Shown: positions 19,073-29,833, numbered from the stretch's first letter. The stretch is DNA of 57,474 nucleotides from an uncultured bacterium (GCA_964543655.1 CAZIZE010000096.1:1-57474); one strand, 5' to 3'. A program made the numbers and translations. The notes: generated by a model from the sequence alone, not told the origin.

Positions 19073-20086
19073 ATGAAGATATTAATTACAGGGGCAGCGG
19101 GCTTTATAGGTTTTCACCTTTCTAAAAAATTGTTAACTGATAAAAAAGATTTTTATGTTACAGGTATTGATAATTTAAACGATTATTATGATGTTAATTT
19201 AAAAAAAAGCAGGCTAAAAATTTTACAGGATTTTCAAAACTTCTCATTTTATCATGCTGATTTAGGAGATAAAGACAAGGTTAAAGAGATTTTCAGAGAC
19301 AACTCATTTGATATTGTTGTTAATCTTGCTGCACAGGCAGGAGTTAGATATTCACTTGTTAATCCTTATTCATATATAGATAGCAATATTTATGGATTTT
19401 TAAATATTTTAGAAGGTTGTAGACATACAGGGGTTAAACATCTTGTTTATGCATCATCGAGCTCAGTTTATGGTGCAAATAAAAAAATGCCCTTTTCTGT
19501 TCACCACAATGTTGATCATCCTGTATCATTATATGCAGCAACAAAAAAATCTAATGAATTAATGGCGCATACTTATTCACATTTATATCAAATACCAACT
19601 ACTGGTTTAAGATTTTTTACAGTTTATGGTCCATGGGGTAGACCTGATATGGCACTTTTTAAATTCACCAAAAATATAATAGAAGGAAAGCCAATAGAAG
19701 TTTACAACTATGGTGAAATGAAGAGAGATTTTACATACATTGATGATATAATTGAGGGTGTTGTTAGAGTTATGAGTAAAATTCCAACAGGAAGCAGCAG
19801 CTGGGATGGAACAAATCCTGACCCCTCATATAGTTATGCTCCATATAGATTATATAATATTGGCAATAATAACCCTGTGCATTTAATGGATTTCATCTCT
19901 ACTATTGAAAAAAACATTGGTAAAAAAGCAATTATTGAATTTAAAGAATTGCAAAAAGGTGATGTTGTAGAAACCTATGCTGATATTGATGATTTAATTA
20001 ATGATGTTGGTTTTAAACCATCAACACCTCTTGAAATTGGAATTAAAAATTTTATTAACTGGTACAGGGAATATTATAAAGTTTAA
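19073..20086 (+). CDS. NAD-dependent epimerase (UDP-glucuronate 4-epimerase type)
   Basis: [41 protein letters not shown]. Confidence 0.93.
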   Translation: MKILITGAAGFIGFHLSKKLLTDKKDFYVTGIDNLNDYYDVNLKKSRLKILQDFQNFSFYHADLGDKDKVKEIFRDNSFDIVVNLAAQAGVRYSLVNPYSYIDSNIYGFLNILEGCRHTGVKHLVYASSSSVYGANKKMPFSVHHNVDHPVSLYAATKKSNELMAHTYSHLYQIPTTGLRFFTVYGPWGRPDMALFKFTKNIIEGKPIEVYNYGEMKRDFTYIDDIIEGVVRVMSKIPTGSSSWDGTNPDPSYSYAPYRLYNIGNNNPVHLMDFISTIEKNIGKKAIIEFKELQKGDVVETYADIDDLINDVGFKPSTPLEIGIKNFINWYREYYKV

Positions 20087-20106
20087 TTAATTATAAGGAG
20101 GAATGT

Positions 20107-20808
20107 ATGGCAATTATTACAATTAATGCAGAATTAGGAACCAAAGGAATTTTTATTGCACAGAAGATAGCTGAGAAACTTAGTTATCTCTACTTTGACC
20201 ATATTATTGCAGAAGAGATAGCTGAATTACTAAAAATTAATAGAATTGATGTGAAATCTTTTGAAGAAGAGAAACATGAAAATTTAGTTGCCACAATTTC
20301 CAAATATTTTTCTCTTGATCTTTTTTCTAAAAAAAAGGATAAACTTACAGAAGAGGAGAAAGAGAAAAAACTCTACTCAAGGAGGATAAGGGATAGCTAT
20401 AAGCATCTTTTACCATACAGAATGGATTCCAAAGGCTGGATTGATTCAGAAATTTACAAAAAAATGTTGTACAGGGTTATTGGTGCACTTGCAAAAGCAG
20501 GAGATTGTATAATTGTGGGTAGAGGAGGAAATATTATTTTAAAAGATGAACCAGCCTCTTTACACTTAAGGTTTGTTGCAAGTAAAGATTATAGAAGAAA
20601 GGTTTTGATAGAAGAAAAAGGAGTTCCAGAGAAAGAAGTGGATTCTTTAATTGAGAAAATAGATAAAAAATCAATAAGTTATAATAAATACTACTTTGAT
20701 TTTGATGTTAATGATCCTCATTTTTATACTATGGTAATAAATGTGGAATATTTTGATGATGATAATCTTGTATCTTTAATAAGTAATGCTGTAAAATTTA
20801 TAAAATAA
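20107..20808 (+). CDS. Cytidylate kinase-like family protein
   Basis: IITINAELGTKG..IAQKIAEKL, CIIVGRGG, C-terminal YNKYYFD...DPHFYTMVIN. Confidence 0.8.
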   Translation: MAIITINAELGTKGIFIAQKIAEKLSYLYFDHIIAEEIAELLKINRIDVKSFEEEKHENLVATISKYFSLDLFSKKKDKLTEEEKEKKLYSRRIRDSYKHLLPYRMDSKGWIDSEIYKKMLYRVIGALAKAGDCIIVGRGGNIILKDEPASLHLRFVASKDYRRKVLIEEKGVPEKEVDSLIEKIDKKSISYNKYYFDFDVNDPHFYTMVINVEYFDDDNLVSLISNAVKFIK

Positions 20809-20912
20809 ATAGATAGAATACAATTTTCTAATTTGAAATGACATCTGCAATATTTTTAAGTTGTTATTAAAGTATCTTTCAACGTTGAACTATAAACTTG
20901 TATAAGCCGGTT

Positions 20913-21114
20913 GAAAGCTTTGCACAATAAAAAATAGCAAAATTTTACAAAATAAATATATATGTAAAAACAGGCAGTTATAATGGATTCTTCGCTTTGC
21001 TCAGAATGACTTTTTTGGGTCATTCTGAGGGAGCGTAGCGACTGAAGAATCCATAAGTTATTATTATCAAATAAAAATTTTAGTATATCACTAAAGATAC
21101 TGTGCAAAGGTCTT
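20913..21114. mobile_element. MITE-like element, copy 1 (202 bp), with internal REP-like palindrome
   Basis: Imperfect TIRs GAAAGCTTTGCACAAT / ACTGTGCAAAGGTCTT; 5-bp direct repeat CGGTT at 20908-20912 and 21115-21119; related copy at 31830-31992. Confidence 0.75.
20983..21054. repeat. REP-like nested palindrome
   Basis: ATGGATTCTTC (20983-93)/GAAGAATCCAT (21044-54) enclosing CTCAGAATGAC (21000-10)/GTCATTCTGAG (21019-29); GC-rich island in AT-rich DNA. Confidence 0.8.
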
Positions 21115-21128
21115 CGGTTTTTTCCGGC

Positions 21129-21854
21129 TTATAACTTAATATCCTTTAAAAATTCACCTGATTTACATTTTATAAAAATATCAGTATAAGATGTTATAGG
21201 TGTTTCTGAGATATTTAATTCTACTATTTTTAAATGAGGATTGTTCTGTTTACCCTGCAAAGGAAATGACGCAACTGGTTGCACAACTCCAGATGTGCCA
21301 ATAATTATTAATAAATTTGAACTATTAATATGATTAATGGACTTTTCAATATCATTATAATTTAATGACTCTCCAAACCATACTACAGCAGGTCTTAAAA
21401 GCTCATTACATTTAGGGCAAAGGGGCGGAAATTTTAATGGCACATCCCAATTTTCTTCAATATAGGTACATTTGGTGCATTTAATTTTCCAAATTGAGCC
21501 ATGAATTTCAACTAATTTTTTGGTTCCTGCTTTTCTGTGCAAACCATCTACATTTTGTGTAATTAATAAAAAATCCTCTTTCTTTTTTTCAAGATTTGTA
21601 AGGAAATAGTGTGCAGGGTTTGGTTTGCATTTTGAGATTAACTCTCTCCTCCAGTTGTACCACTCCCAAACTAATTCTGGATTTCTGCTAAAAGCATAAG
21701 GTGTTGCTAACTCTTCTGCTTTATAATTTTTCCATAATCCATCTTTTCCTCTGAAAGTTGGTACTCCACTTTCTGCTGAAATTCCTGCTCCTGTGATAAC
21801 AGAAATTTTCTCACTCTCCTTTAATAGTTTTAAAAATTTTTCTCTCTTTTCCAT
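21129..21854 (-). CDS. cobB: NAD-dependent protein deacylase (class III sirtuin)
   Basis: TGAGISAESGVPTFRG, TQNVDGLH, HG, CxxC pairs, LRPAVVWFGE, GTSG; the YxxR motif (WYNWRR) suggests desuccinylase; start 21854 or 21893. Confidence 0.95.
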   Translation of the reverse strand: MEKREKFLKLLKESEKISVITGAGISAESGVPTFRGKDGLWKNYKAEELATPYAFSRNPELVWEWYNWRRELISKCKPNPAHYFLTNLEKKKEDFLLITQNVDGLHRKAGTKKLVEIHGSIWKIKCTKCTYIEENWDVPLKFPPLCPKCNELLRPAVVWFGESLNYNDIEKSINHINSSNLLIIIGTSGVVQPVASFPLQGKQNNPHLKIVELNISETPITSYTDIFIKCKSGEFLKDIKL

Positions 21855-21889
21855 GTTAATAACCTCTGATGGATTAAAATGTAAATTAA

Positions 21890-22564
21890 TCAAGCTAAAT
21901 AGGTTAAAGGGTCTTTTATCCCAGCATCTTTAAAGCCTTTTAATCTTAATACACAACTATCGCACTTACCACATGGATTGCCATTGCTATCAGGATTGTA
22001 GCAACTACTTGTAATTTTAAAATCTACACCAAGAGAGATTCCTTTTTCAATAATTTCTTTTTTGGTTAGATTAATTAAAGGAGTATGTATTTTAAAAGGC
22101 TTCCCCTCAACAGAAGCTTTAGTGCCAAGATTAACAGCTTTTTCAAATTGCTCAATGAACTCTGGTCTACAATCTGGATAGCCTGAATAGTCAATTGCAT
22201 TCACGCCAATGAAAATATCATTAGCACCACAGATTTCAGCAACACTAACAGCAATGGATAAAAAGATTATATTTCTTCCAGGTACATATGTAATTGGTAT
22301 TTCATCTCTTTCAATTTTTCCTTCAGGAATTTCAATATTAACATTTGTTAAAGCAGAACCACCTATTTTATCAAAAGGAACCTCTACAATAATATGCTTT
22401 TTCACATTAAAAAATTTTGCAACCTTTTTAGCACATTCTAACTCTACTTTATGTCTCTGATGATAATTGAAAGATAGAGATATAATTTCATAACCAAGGT
22501 TTTTAGCAATTGCCATTGTAACTGTTGAATCAAGGCCTCCACTTGAAAGAACCACACACTTCAT
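21890..22564 (-). CDS. queC: 7-cyano-7-deazaguanine synthase
   Basis: SSGGLDST, TYVPGRN, YSGYPDCR, SCY...CGKCDSC. Confidence 0.97.
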   Translation of the reverse strand: MKCVVLSSGGLDSTVTMAIAKNLGYEIISLSFNYHQRHKVELECAKKVAKFFNVKKHIIVEVPFDKIGGSALTNVNIEIPEGKIERDEIPITYVPGRNIIFLSIAVSVAEICGANDIFIGVNAIDYSGYPDCRPEFIEQFEKAVNLGTKASVEGKPFKIHTPLINLTKKEIIEKGISLGVDFKITSSCYNPDSNGNPCGKCDSCVLRLKGFKDAGIKDPLTYLA

Positions 22565-22659
22565 TTATATCTCCTTTGTTTTAATGTATATTTTATACTG
22601 TATGCATATTTAAAATAAATTTATTGACATATAAAAAAATTATTGTTAATGGGCTGCAC

Positions 22660-23328
22660 ATGAGAACAATAACTAACCTTTTTTCAAAATCTCCATTTAC
22701 ATCTTTATCTGACCACATGGGTAAAGTAATAGATTGCGTTCTAAAAGTAAAGGAAATTTTTTTAAAACTTGAAGCCAAAGATTATGAAGCTGTTACAGTA
22801 ATTGGCAAAGAAATTAGTGACCTTGAGAATGAAGCAGATCTAATTAAAAATGAAATCAGGAACAATCTCACAGGCAAGGTTTTTATTCCAATAGATAAAG
22901 CTACTATTCTTGAAATCCTTGCAATTCAAGATGGTATTGCAGATAAATGTGAAGATATAGGAGTTTTGCTGACTTATAAAAAGGTTGAAATATTACCTGA
23001 AATGAAGATAGATTTTGAAAATTTTTTAAATAAAAATATAGAAGCTGTGAAAAAAACTTATCTTTTAATAGAAAAGATGGAAAGAGTTATTAAGGCAACT
23101 TTTGCTGGTAAAGATGCTGAGCATATTAAGGCGCTTGTTGATGAAGTTGCATTTCTTGAGCATGAGGCAGACCTGTTTCAGCAGAAATTGTTGCAGAACC
23201 TGTTTTCAAATGATGATAAAATGAGCTATGCTACTTTTTATTTATGGATTCAGATATTAAAAACTCTTTCTGACCTGTCAAATTACTCTGAGAAAATGGC
23301 AAACAGAGTCAGAACCATGATTGATTAA
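22660..23328 (+). CDS. DUF47/TIGR00153 phosphate transport regulator (PhoU-like)
   Basis: LFSKSPF, ENEADLIK, QDGIADKCED, EHEAD; coupled to a Pit gene; the TTG at 22624 is more likely a TTGACA -35 box. Confidence 0.9.
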   Translation: MRTITNLFSKSPFTSLSDHMGKVIDCVLKVKEIFLKLEAKDYEAVTVIGKEISDLENEADLIKNEIRNNLTGKVFIPIDKATILEILAIQDGIADKCEDIGVLLTYKKVEILPEMKIDFENFLNKNIEAVKKTYLLIEKMERVIKATFAGKDAEHIKALVDEVAFLEHEADLFQQKLLQNLFSNDDKMSYATFYLWIQILKTLSDLSNYSEKMANRVRTMID

Positions 23329-24767
23329 TGATTAGTGCAGACACCGTTATTTTAATTTTAGCTATTTTTTTCGGTTTATATATGGCATGGAGCATTGGCG
23401 CCAATGATGTTGCCAATGCAATGGGCACATCTGTTGGAAGTGGTGCTCTTACTTTAAAGCGAGCTATTATCATTGCATCTGTTTTAGAATTTTCAGGTGC
23501 CTTTTTTGTTGGTAGCCATGTTTCTGAGACTATTAGAAAAGGTATTATAGAGACAAATATTTTTGCATCATCACCAGATCTCTTTATCTACGGAATGCTT
23601 GCAGCTCTTCTTACTGCTGCTATATGGCTTCAAATTGCCTCTTACTTTGGATGGCCTGTGTCCACAACTCATTCAATAGTTGGTTCAATACTTGGTTTTG
23701 GTATTCTTATAGGTGGTTTTTCAGCAATTCATTGGGGTAAAATTGCTTCTATTGTTGCAAGCTGGGTGGTTTCTCCAGTTTTAAGTGCATCAATTGCATT
23801 TATTATTTTCAATATATTAAGGTATAAGATTTTTTACCAGCCTGATCCAATGAAAGCTACTAAAAAAGTAGCGCCTGTTTTAATATTTTTTGTATTTTTT
23901 GTGCTCTCACTTGTAATGATGTTTAAAGGACTTAAAAACCTTCATCTTAATCTAAATTTAACTCATTCGCTACTTATATCAACAATTGTTGGTTTGGTTG
24001 CTGGATTTATTGGTAAAAAATTACTTAATAAAATAGAAGATGAAATTATAGAAGAGGAAGATGAACAACCTATTAACATTCCAAGTGCAAGGTTGAAATT
24101 TAATCTATTTAGAGCTCAGAAAAGAATAGAAAAAAGCGTTGAATTAGCACCGCATAACATAAAACATAGATTAACTGAAATTTTAAATCAATTAAAGGAT
24201 GTTAATAGTGAGCTTGAAATATATGATGTTGATGAAGTTGCAGATAGAAAAAATGTTGCAGGAGTTGAAAAAGTTTTTGCATATTTACAGATTTTAAGTG
24301 CAGGTTTTGTTGCATTTGCTCATGGTGCCAATGATGTTGCAAATGCAGTAGGGCCACTGGCAGCAATTATAGCAGTTTTAAAAACAGGTATTGTTTCTTT
24401 AAAAGCTCCTGTGCCACCATGGATTTTACTTTTAGGTGGACTTGGTATTGTAATTGGTCTTGCAACCTGGGGTTGGAGAGTAATGCTTACAATTGGCAAA
24501 AAGATTACAGAACTCACTCCTACCAGAGGATTTTCAGCAGAGTTTTCCGCAGCTATTACTATATTGCTTGCATCAAGGCTTGGATTGCCAATTTCTACTA
24601 CACATACTCTTGTGGGTGCTGTTCTTGGCGTTGGTATGGCACGAGGCTTTACAGCATTAAATATGAGAGTTTTAAGGAATATAGTTGTTTCATGGTTAAT
24701 AACAATTCCTGTAGGCGCAATAGGAGTAATTTTTATCTTTTACATTTTAAAATTTATTTTCAGTTAA
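23328..24767 (+). CDS. Inorganic phosphate transporter, PiT family
   Basis: GANDVANAMGT, PVSTTHS, HGANDVANA, PISTTHT duplicated PiT signatures. Confidence 0.95.
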   Translation: MISADTVILILAIFFGLYMAWSIGANDVANAMGTSVGSGALTLKRAIIIASVLEFSGAFFVGSHVSETIRKGIIETNIFASSPDLFIYGMLAALLTAAIWLQIASYFGWPVSTTHSIVGSILGFGILIGGFSAIHWGKIASIVASWVVSPVLSASIAFIIFNILRYKIFYQPDPMKATKKVAPVLIFFVFFVLSLVMMFKGLKNLHLNLNLTHSLLISTIVGLVAGFIGKKLLNKIEDEIIEEEDEQPINIPSARLKFNLFRAQKRIEKSVELAPHNIKHRLTEILNQLKDVNSELEIYDVDEVADRKNVAGVEKVFAYLQILSAGFVAFAHGANDVANAVGPLAAIIAVLKTGIVSLKAPVPPWILLLGGLGIVIGLATWGWRVMLTIGKKITELTPTRGFSAEFSAAITILLASRLGLPISTTHTLVGAVLGVGMARGFTALNMRVLRNIVVSWLITIPVGAIGVIFIFYILKFIFS

Positions 24768-24864
24768 TTTAACCATTCTATTATTTATCTTTAATAAATA
24801 CTTGACACTTTTTTAAAAAAATTTTATTGCAGCTACCTTAATAAAAAAGAGAAAGGATTAAAAT

Positions 24865-26628
24865 ATGTTTAGAACTCATACATGTGGAGAATTGAGATTA
24901 AATAATATAGGTGATAATGTTGTTTTGTCAGGATGGGTTGAGAATTGGCGAGACCATGGGGGAATTATTTTTATTGATTTAAGGGATAGATATGGAATCA
25001 CACAGATTGTTTTTAATCCTGAAATTAGCGAAGCTGTTCATGAAATTGGAAAGAGATTAAGAAGTGAAGATGTTATAAAAATTGAGGGAGAGGTTGTAAA
25101 AAGACCGGAAGGGACAATAAATCAGAGAATAAACACAGGAGAGATAGAGGTAAATGTTAAAAGTGTTGAAATTCTCAATAAATCAGAGACACCTCCTATT
25201 TTAATTGATGACCATGCTCAAACATCTGAAAATCTTCGTTTAAAATATAGATACCTTGATTTGAGAAGACCTTCTATGCAGAAGAATTTTATAATCAGGC
25301 ATAAAACAGCTCAAATAGTAAGAAATTTTTTAAATGAGAATAATTTTCTTGAAATAGAGACACCTTTTCTTACAAAAAGTACTCCAGAAGGAGCAAGGGA
25401 TTATCTTGTTCCAAGCAGGGTAAATCCTGGTAAATTTTATGCACTTCCTCAATCACCGCAGCTTTTTAAGCAACTATTGATGGTTGCTGGTTTTGATAGA
25501 TACTTTCAAATTGTAAAATGTTTTAGAGATGAAGATTTACGGGCAGATAGGCAGCCAGAATTTACCCAGATAGACCTTGAAATGTCTTTTATCAATGAAG
25601 GAGATATTATTTCTTTAATGGAAAAAATGATTAAAAAAATTTTCAAAGAAATTAAAGATGTTGATATTAATGAGGATTTTAAGGTTTTAACGTATAAAGA
25701 AGCAATGGAAAAATATGGCCTTGATGCACCTGATCTTAGATTTGAGCTTCCATTATACAATGTTACCGATATTTTTGAAAATACATCTTTTAAAGTTTTT
25801 AGCAGTGCTGTAAAAAATGGAGGAATTATTAAAAGTATTAAAGTTGAAAATGGTATTAATTTTAGTAGAAAAGATCTTGATGAACTTACAGAGTTTGTGA
25901 AAATCTATGGTGCTAAAGGTATGGCATGGATTAAAGTTTTAGGTGATGGTGAATGGCAGTCACCTATTGTTAAATTTTTCTCTGAAGAAGAGAAAGAGCA
26001 GTTAAAAGAGAGACTCCAAATAAAAGCAGGTGATCTTATACTTTTTGGTGCAGATACAGTTGAAATAGTTAATGATTCATTAGGTCATCTAAGAAAAGAG
26101 ATAGCTAAACGACTCAATTTAATTAATGAAAATGAGTTTAAGTTTGTATGGATAGTTGATTTCCCTCTGTTTGAGTGGGATAATGAAGAAAAGAGATATG
26201 TATCCAAACATCACCCTTTTACTATGCCTAAAGATGAAGATATTAACATGCTTGATACTTCTCCAGAAAAAGTTAGAGCCAAAGCATACGATCTTGTTTT
26301 AAATGGAGTGGAGATAGGTGGAGGAAGTATAAGGATTCACAGGAAAGATATTCAGAAAAAGATTTTTAAAATTTTAAATATTTCAGATGAAGAAGCAAAC
26401 CAGAAATTTGGTTTTTTACTTGAAGCTTTCCAGTATGGTGCGCCACCTCATGGAGGACTTGCATTTGGTTTTGATAGGCTCCTGATGTTTTTAACAGGTA
26501 CAGATTCTATAAGAGATGTTATTGCTTTTCCAAAAACTCAAAAAGCTACATGTTTAATGACTGATGCACCATCTGAGGTTAGTAAGAAACAGTTAAAAGA
26601 GCTAAGTTTGAAATTAACAGGAGTTTAA
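24865..26628 (+). CDS. aspS: Aspartate--tRNA ligase (probably non-discriminating Asp/Asn)
   Basis: [51 protein letters not shown]. Confidence 0.98.
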   Translation: MFRTHTCGELRLNNIGDNVVLSGWVENWRDHGGIIFIDLRDRYGITQIVFNPEISEAVHEIGKRLRSEDVIKIEGEVVKRPEGTINQRINTGEIEVNVKSVEILNKSETPPILIDDHAQTSENLRLKYRYLDLRRPSMQKNFIIRHKTAQIVRNFLNENNFLEIETPFLTKSTPEGARDYLVPSRVNPGKFYALPQSPQLFKQLLMVAGFDRYFQIVKCFRDEDLRADRQPEFTQIDLEMSFINEGDIISLMEKMIKKIFKEIKDVDINEDFKVLTYKEAMEKYGLDAPDLRFELPLYNVTDIFENTSFKVFSSAVKNGGIIKSIKVENGINFSRKDLDELTEFVKIYGAKGMAWIKVLGDGEWQSPIVKFFSEEEKEQLKERLQIKAGDLILFGADTVEIVNDSLGHLRKEIAKRLNLINENEFKFVWIVDFPLFEWDNEEKRYVSKHHPFTMPKDEDINMLDTSPEKVRAKAYDLVLNGVEIGGGSIRIHRKDIQKKIFKILNISDEEANQKFGFLLEAFQYGAPPHGGLAFGFDRLLMFLTGTDSIRDVIAFPKTQKATCLMTDAPSEVSKKQLKELSLKLTGV

Positions 26629-26633
26629 TTTTA

Positions 26634-27713
26634 ATGAAATATATTTATCCTTTTTCAGCAATTGTTGGTCAGGATTTAATGAAAAAAGCCTTAATATTGA
26701 ACATTATTGATCCAACAATTGGTGGAGTTTTAATTAGAGGAGAAAAAGGGACAGCTAAATCAACTGCTGTGAGAGCTATAGCTAATGCTTTGCCACAATT
26801 AAAAGTGGTAAAAGGATGTAAGTTTCATTGCAATCCAGATGATGAAATTAATCTATGTGAGTTTTGTAAAGAGAAGTTAAGCAAAAATGGCTTCCTTGAT
26901 TTTGAGTACAGAAAAATGAAAGTTGTTAATCTTCCTGTTGGAGCTACAGAGGATAGGGTTGTTGGCACAATTGATATAGAAAAGGTTTTGAAAGATGGCA
27001 TAAAATCTTTTGAAGCAGGAATATTAGCAGAAGCAAACAGAGGTATTCTATACATTGATGAAGTTAATCTTTTATCTGACCATATAGTTGATATAATTCT
27101 TGATTCTGCTGCAATGGGTGAAAATTACATTGAACGTGAGGGAATTTCTTTTTCCCATCCAAGCCGATTTGTACTTATTGGTACAATGAACCCAGAAGAA
27201 GGAGAACTAAGGCCACAGTTGCTTGATAGATTTGGTTTATGTGTAGAAATTAAAGGGATAAAATCTTTAGATGATAGAGTTGAGGTAGTTAGAAGGAGGA
27301 AAGAGTTTGAAAAAAATCCTGAGCAGTTTATTGCTGAATGGCAGAAGCAAGATGAATTGCTTAAAGAAAAAATTATAAAAGCACAACAACTTTTAAATAG
27401 TATTAAAGTTGATGAAAATATTTTGAAAATTATTGCACAAATATCAATAGATTTAAATGTAGATGGGCATAGAGCAGATATTATTATGGAGAAAACTTCA
27501 ATTGCACTTGCTGCATTTTATGGAGCGAGCAATGTTGAGCTTCAACATGTTAGGGAAGCAAGTAAGCTTGTGTTGCCACATAGAATGAGAAAAAACCCTT
27601 TTGAAGAGTTAAATGTTGAATATGATCTGGTGGAGCAATCAATTCAGAAAATCAAATCAGCAGAATATGGTAATATTTCAAAAAAATTAGAGTTTTCAGA
27701 AAAAAAAAAGTAG
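26634..27713 (+). CDS. ChlI/BchI-like AAA+ chelatase ATPase (zero-frame product of a frameshifted chlD)
   Basis: [54 protein letters not shown]; ends GAA AAA AAA AAG TAG. Confidence 0.92.
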   Translation: MKYIYPFSAIVGQDLMKKALILNIIDPTIGGVLIRGEKGTAKSTAVRAIANALPQLKVVKGCKFHCNPDDEINLCEFCKEKLSKNGFLDFEYRKMKVVNLPVGATEDRVVGTIDIEKVLKDGIKSFEAGILAEANRGILYIDEVNLLSDHIVDIILDSAAMGENYIEREGISFSHPSRFVLIGTMNPEEGELRPQLLDRFGLCVEIKGIKSLDDRVEVVRRRKEFEKNPEQFIAEWQKQDELLKEKIIKAQQLLNSIKVDENILKIIAQISIDLNVDGHRADIIMEKTSIALAAFYGASNVELQHVREASKLVLPHRMRKNPFEELNVEYDLVEQSIQKIKSAEYGNISKKLEFSEKKK

Positions 27714-28573
27714 AGTGTAAAGAATCTAATAAAAAAGAAGATAGCAGTATTAAAGCCACAATCTATTCTTTAGGCACACCTTATAAAATAAAAAAATTAA
27801 AATTTTTAAAGAAAAATAAAATTATATCAGGCAGCGGTAGGAGAGCAACAGGAATTTCTGATAATAAACATGGCAGAATTATTGGATATAGAGAGCCCAA
27901 TAACAGTAAAATAAGTGATATTGCAATAATACCCACTATAAAGTTTTCAGCTATAAAATATGGAAAAAATTTTAAAGTAACAAAAGAATCTATTAAAGAA
28001 AATATGAGAATAGTTGAAAATGCAACTTCTATTCTTTTTGTTGTTGACAGTAGCGGTTCAATGGGTGTTGAGCAGCAGATGATAAAGGTAAAGACTCTTA
28101 TTTACTCTCTTCTTATAGATGCTTATCAGAAAAGAGATAGAGTTGGAATGGTTGTTTTTAGAGCAACTGAGGCAAAACTTGTTTTGCCATTTACAAATAG
28201 TGTTCATATTGCGAAAAAAAAACTTGAAAGACTTGAAACAGGAGGGAAAACACCACTTGCCCATGGTTTAAAACTTGCCTTTCAGGTTTTAAAACAGGAA
28301 AAAACTAAAAATCCTTCTGGTTACTTTATTATGATTTTAGTTTCAGATGGTAGGGGAAATGTTCCTCTTGATGGAAAAAATTCCCTTGACCAAGCAGAGG
28401 TTTATGGTTTATACATAAAAAAGTTAGGAGTAAAAACTCTTGTTCTTGATACAGAAATTGACCATCTTGCATTTGGATATTCCTGGGAATTGGCAAGGTT
28501 AATGGATGGCAAATATATGAAACTTGATAGTTTGAATGCTGAAAATATTCAGGATGTGGTTTTTTCTCTGTGA
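26634..28573 (+). CDS. chlD: ChlD/BchD-like chelatase medium subunit (AAA+ - linker - vWA), ~646 aa, made by a -1 shift at A10G (27700-27710)
   Basis: The -1 frame is stop-free from 27710 to 28573, encodes SGSGRR...GRII...DIAIIPTI linker motifs and joins the vWA ORF (MIDAS DSSGS, GGKTPL, SDGRGN) in frame. Confidence 0.8.
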
Positions 28574-28594
28574 AACTAAATTTAAGAGGAGAAA

Positions 28595-29833
28595 ATGCAG
28601 ATATTTATTGTTGATAAAAATGCAAGCAAACTTAAAGGTATTGTTGATTTTTTAAAGGAAAATGGATTTGAAGTTAGAGTGTTTGATAAAATTTCAGATT
28701 TTCAAAAAATTGTTAGAAATAGAGAGCCTGATATAATTATATGCAATCCCATTGTAGAAGGTTTAAGCCCATATTATCTTGTGAAATGGGTGAAAAGCAA
28801 TGAAATGAATATCCCAATAATTGCTTATTCTGAAAATCCATCAAAAGAAACAATTATTAATGCCAAAAAATATGGTGTAAATTCTTTTATGATTTTCCCT
28901 TTTAAAAATGAGGAATTACTACTGAGAATTAAAAGGATTTTAAAGCTACCTGATAATTTTAAAATGGTTAACACAATAAACAAAGAGCAGGAGCAGCTTA
29001 TAAAAAAAGATAGAATTAAAAATGAAATATTAATTAACATTGATAAATTACCATCTTTTCCAGCTATTATTCAAGAAGTTGAAAGGTTAATTAATAGAGA
29101 AGATTCCAATGCAAGAGATTTTGAAGAGGTTATTGAAAAGGATCAGGTGATTACTGCTAAAATTTTAAAAATAGTTAATTCACCATTTTATTCACTTACA
29201 AGAAAATTTACCACAATTTCAGAAAGTGTTGCATATATTGGACTTGATTCTCTTAGAAGTATAATTTACAGTGCTGCTGTAAGCAATCTATTAAAAATTA
29301 GTTTGCCTACCTATGGGTATAAAAGAGAGCAATTGTGGAAACATAGCTATTCTACAGCTATATTTTCTAAATATATAGGTTTGAAAATTGGATTAAAGGA
29401 GAAAATAGCAGAAGAACTTTTTGTTGGTGGTTTAATTCATGATATAGGTAAAATTGTAATTGGATTTTTAGCAAAAAAAGAAAATATTATAATTACCAAC
29501 ATAAGCTCCAATGTTAACCATCTTGACCTTGAGAGAAAGAATTTTTATTTTAACCATGCTGAAATAGGTGGTATGGTAGCTGATAAATGGCGATTGCCTG
29601 ATATACATAAAGACATTATAACAAAGCATCATTCACCAAAAAATAGAATAGAGGCTATTGTGGCACTTGCTAATCTTTTATCTAAAGAGATGTTAAATAT
29701 TCAATTTAGGACAGAAAAGGAATCAGAGGAATATTTTTTTAAAGCATTAAAGATAGATAAGGAAGTTTTAGAGAAAATTAAAGATGAGTGTTATGAAAAA
29801 ATTGAACAAATAGAATCTTCAGGAGCATTTTAA
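28595..29833 (+). CDS. Atypical receiver domain + HDOD domain protein
   Basis: N-terminal REC fold; LPSFP...DQVITAKILKIVNSPFY, LWKHS, LIHDIGK, HAEIG, HH. Confidence 0.88.
   Translation: MQIFIVDKNASKLKGIVDFLKENGFEVRVFDKISDFQKIVRNREPDIIICNPIVEGLSPYYLVKWVKSNEMNIPIIAYSENPSKETIINAKKYGVNSFMIFPFKNEELLLRIKRILKLPDNFKMVNTINKEQEQLIKKDRIKNEILINIDKLPSFPAIIQEVERLINREDSNARDFEEVIEKDQVITAKILKIVNSPFYSLTRKFTTISESVAYIGLDSLRSIIYSAAVSNLLKISLPTYGYKREQLWKHSYSTAIFSKYIGLKIGLKEKIAEELFVGGLIHDIGKIVIGFLAKKENIIITNISSNVNHLDLERKNFYFNHAEIGGMVADKWRLPDIHKDIITKHHSPKNRIEAIVALANLLSKEMLNIQFRTEKESEEYFFKALKIDKEVLEKIKDECYEKIEQIESSGAF

Noticed and set aside
20856-21107. 83-aa minus-strand ORF
   Set aside because: It is a translation of the MITE/REP palindrome and has no SD or protein motifs.
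21890-22564. queC as part of a defence or DNA-modification system (Dpd/QatC)
   Set aside because: It is a canonical-length QueC with housekeeping neighbours and no dpd or qat genes.
28004-28573. Independent vWA gene starting at ATG 28004
   Set aside because: There is no SD, and homology-like ChlD linker sequence continues 98 codons upstream in frame to the slippery site.
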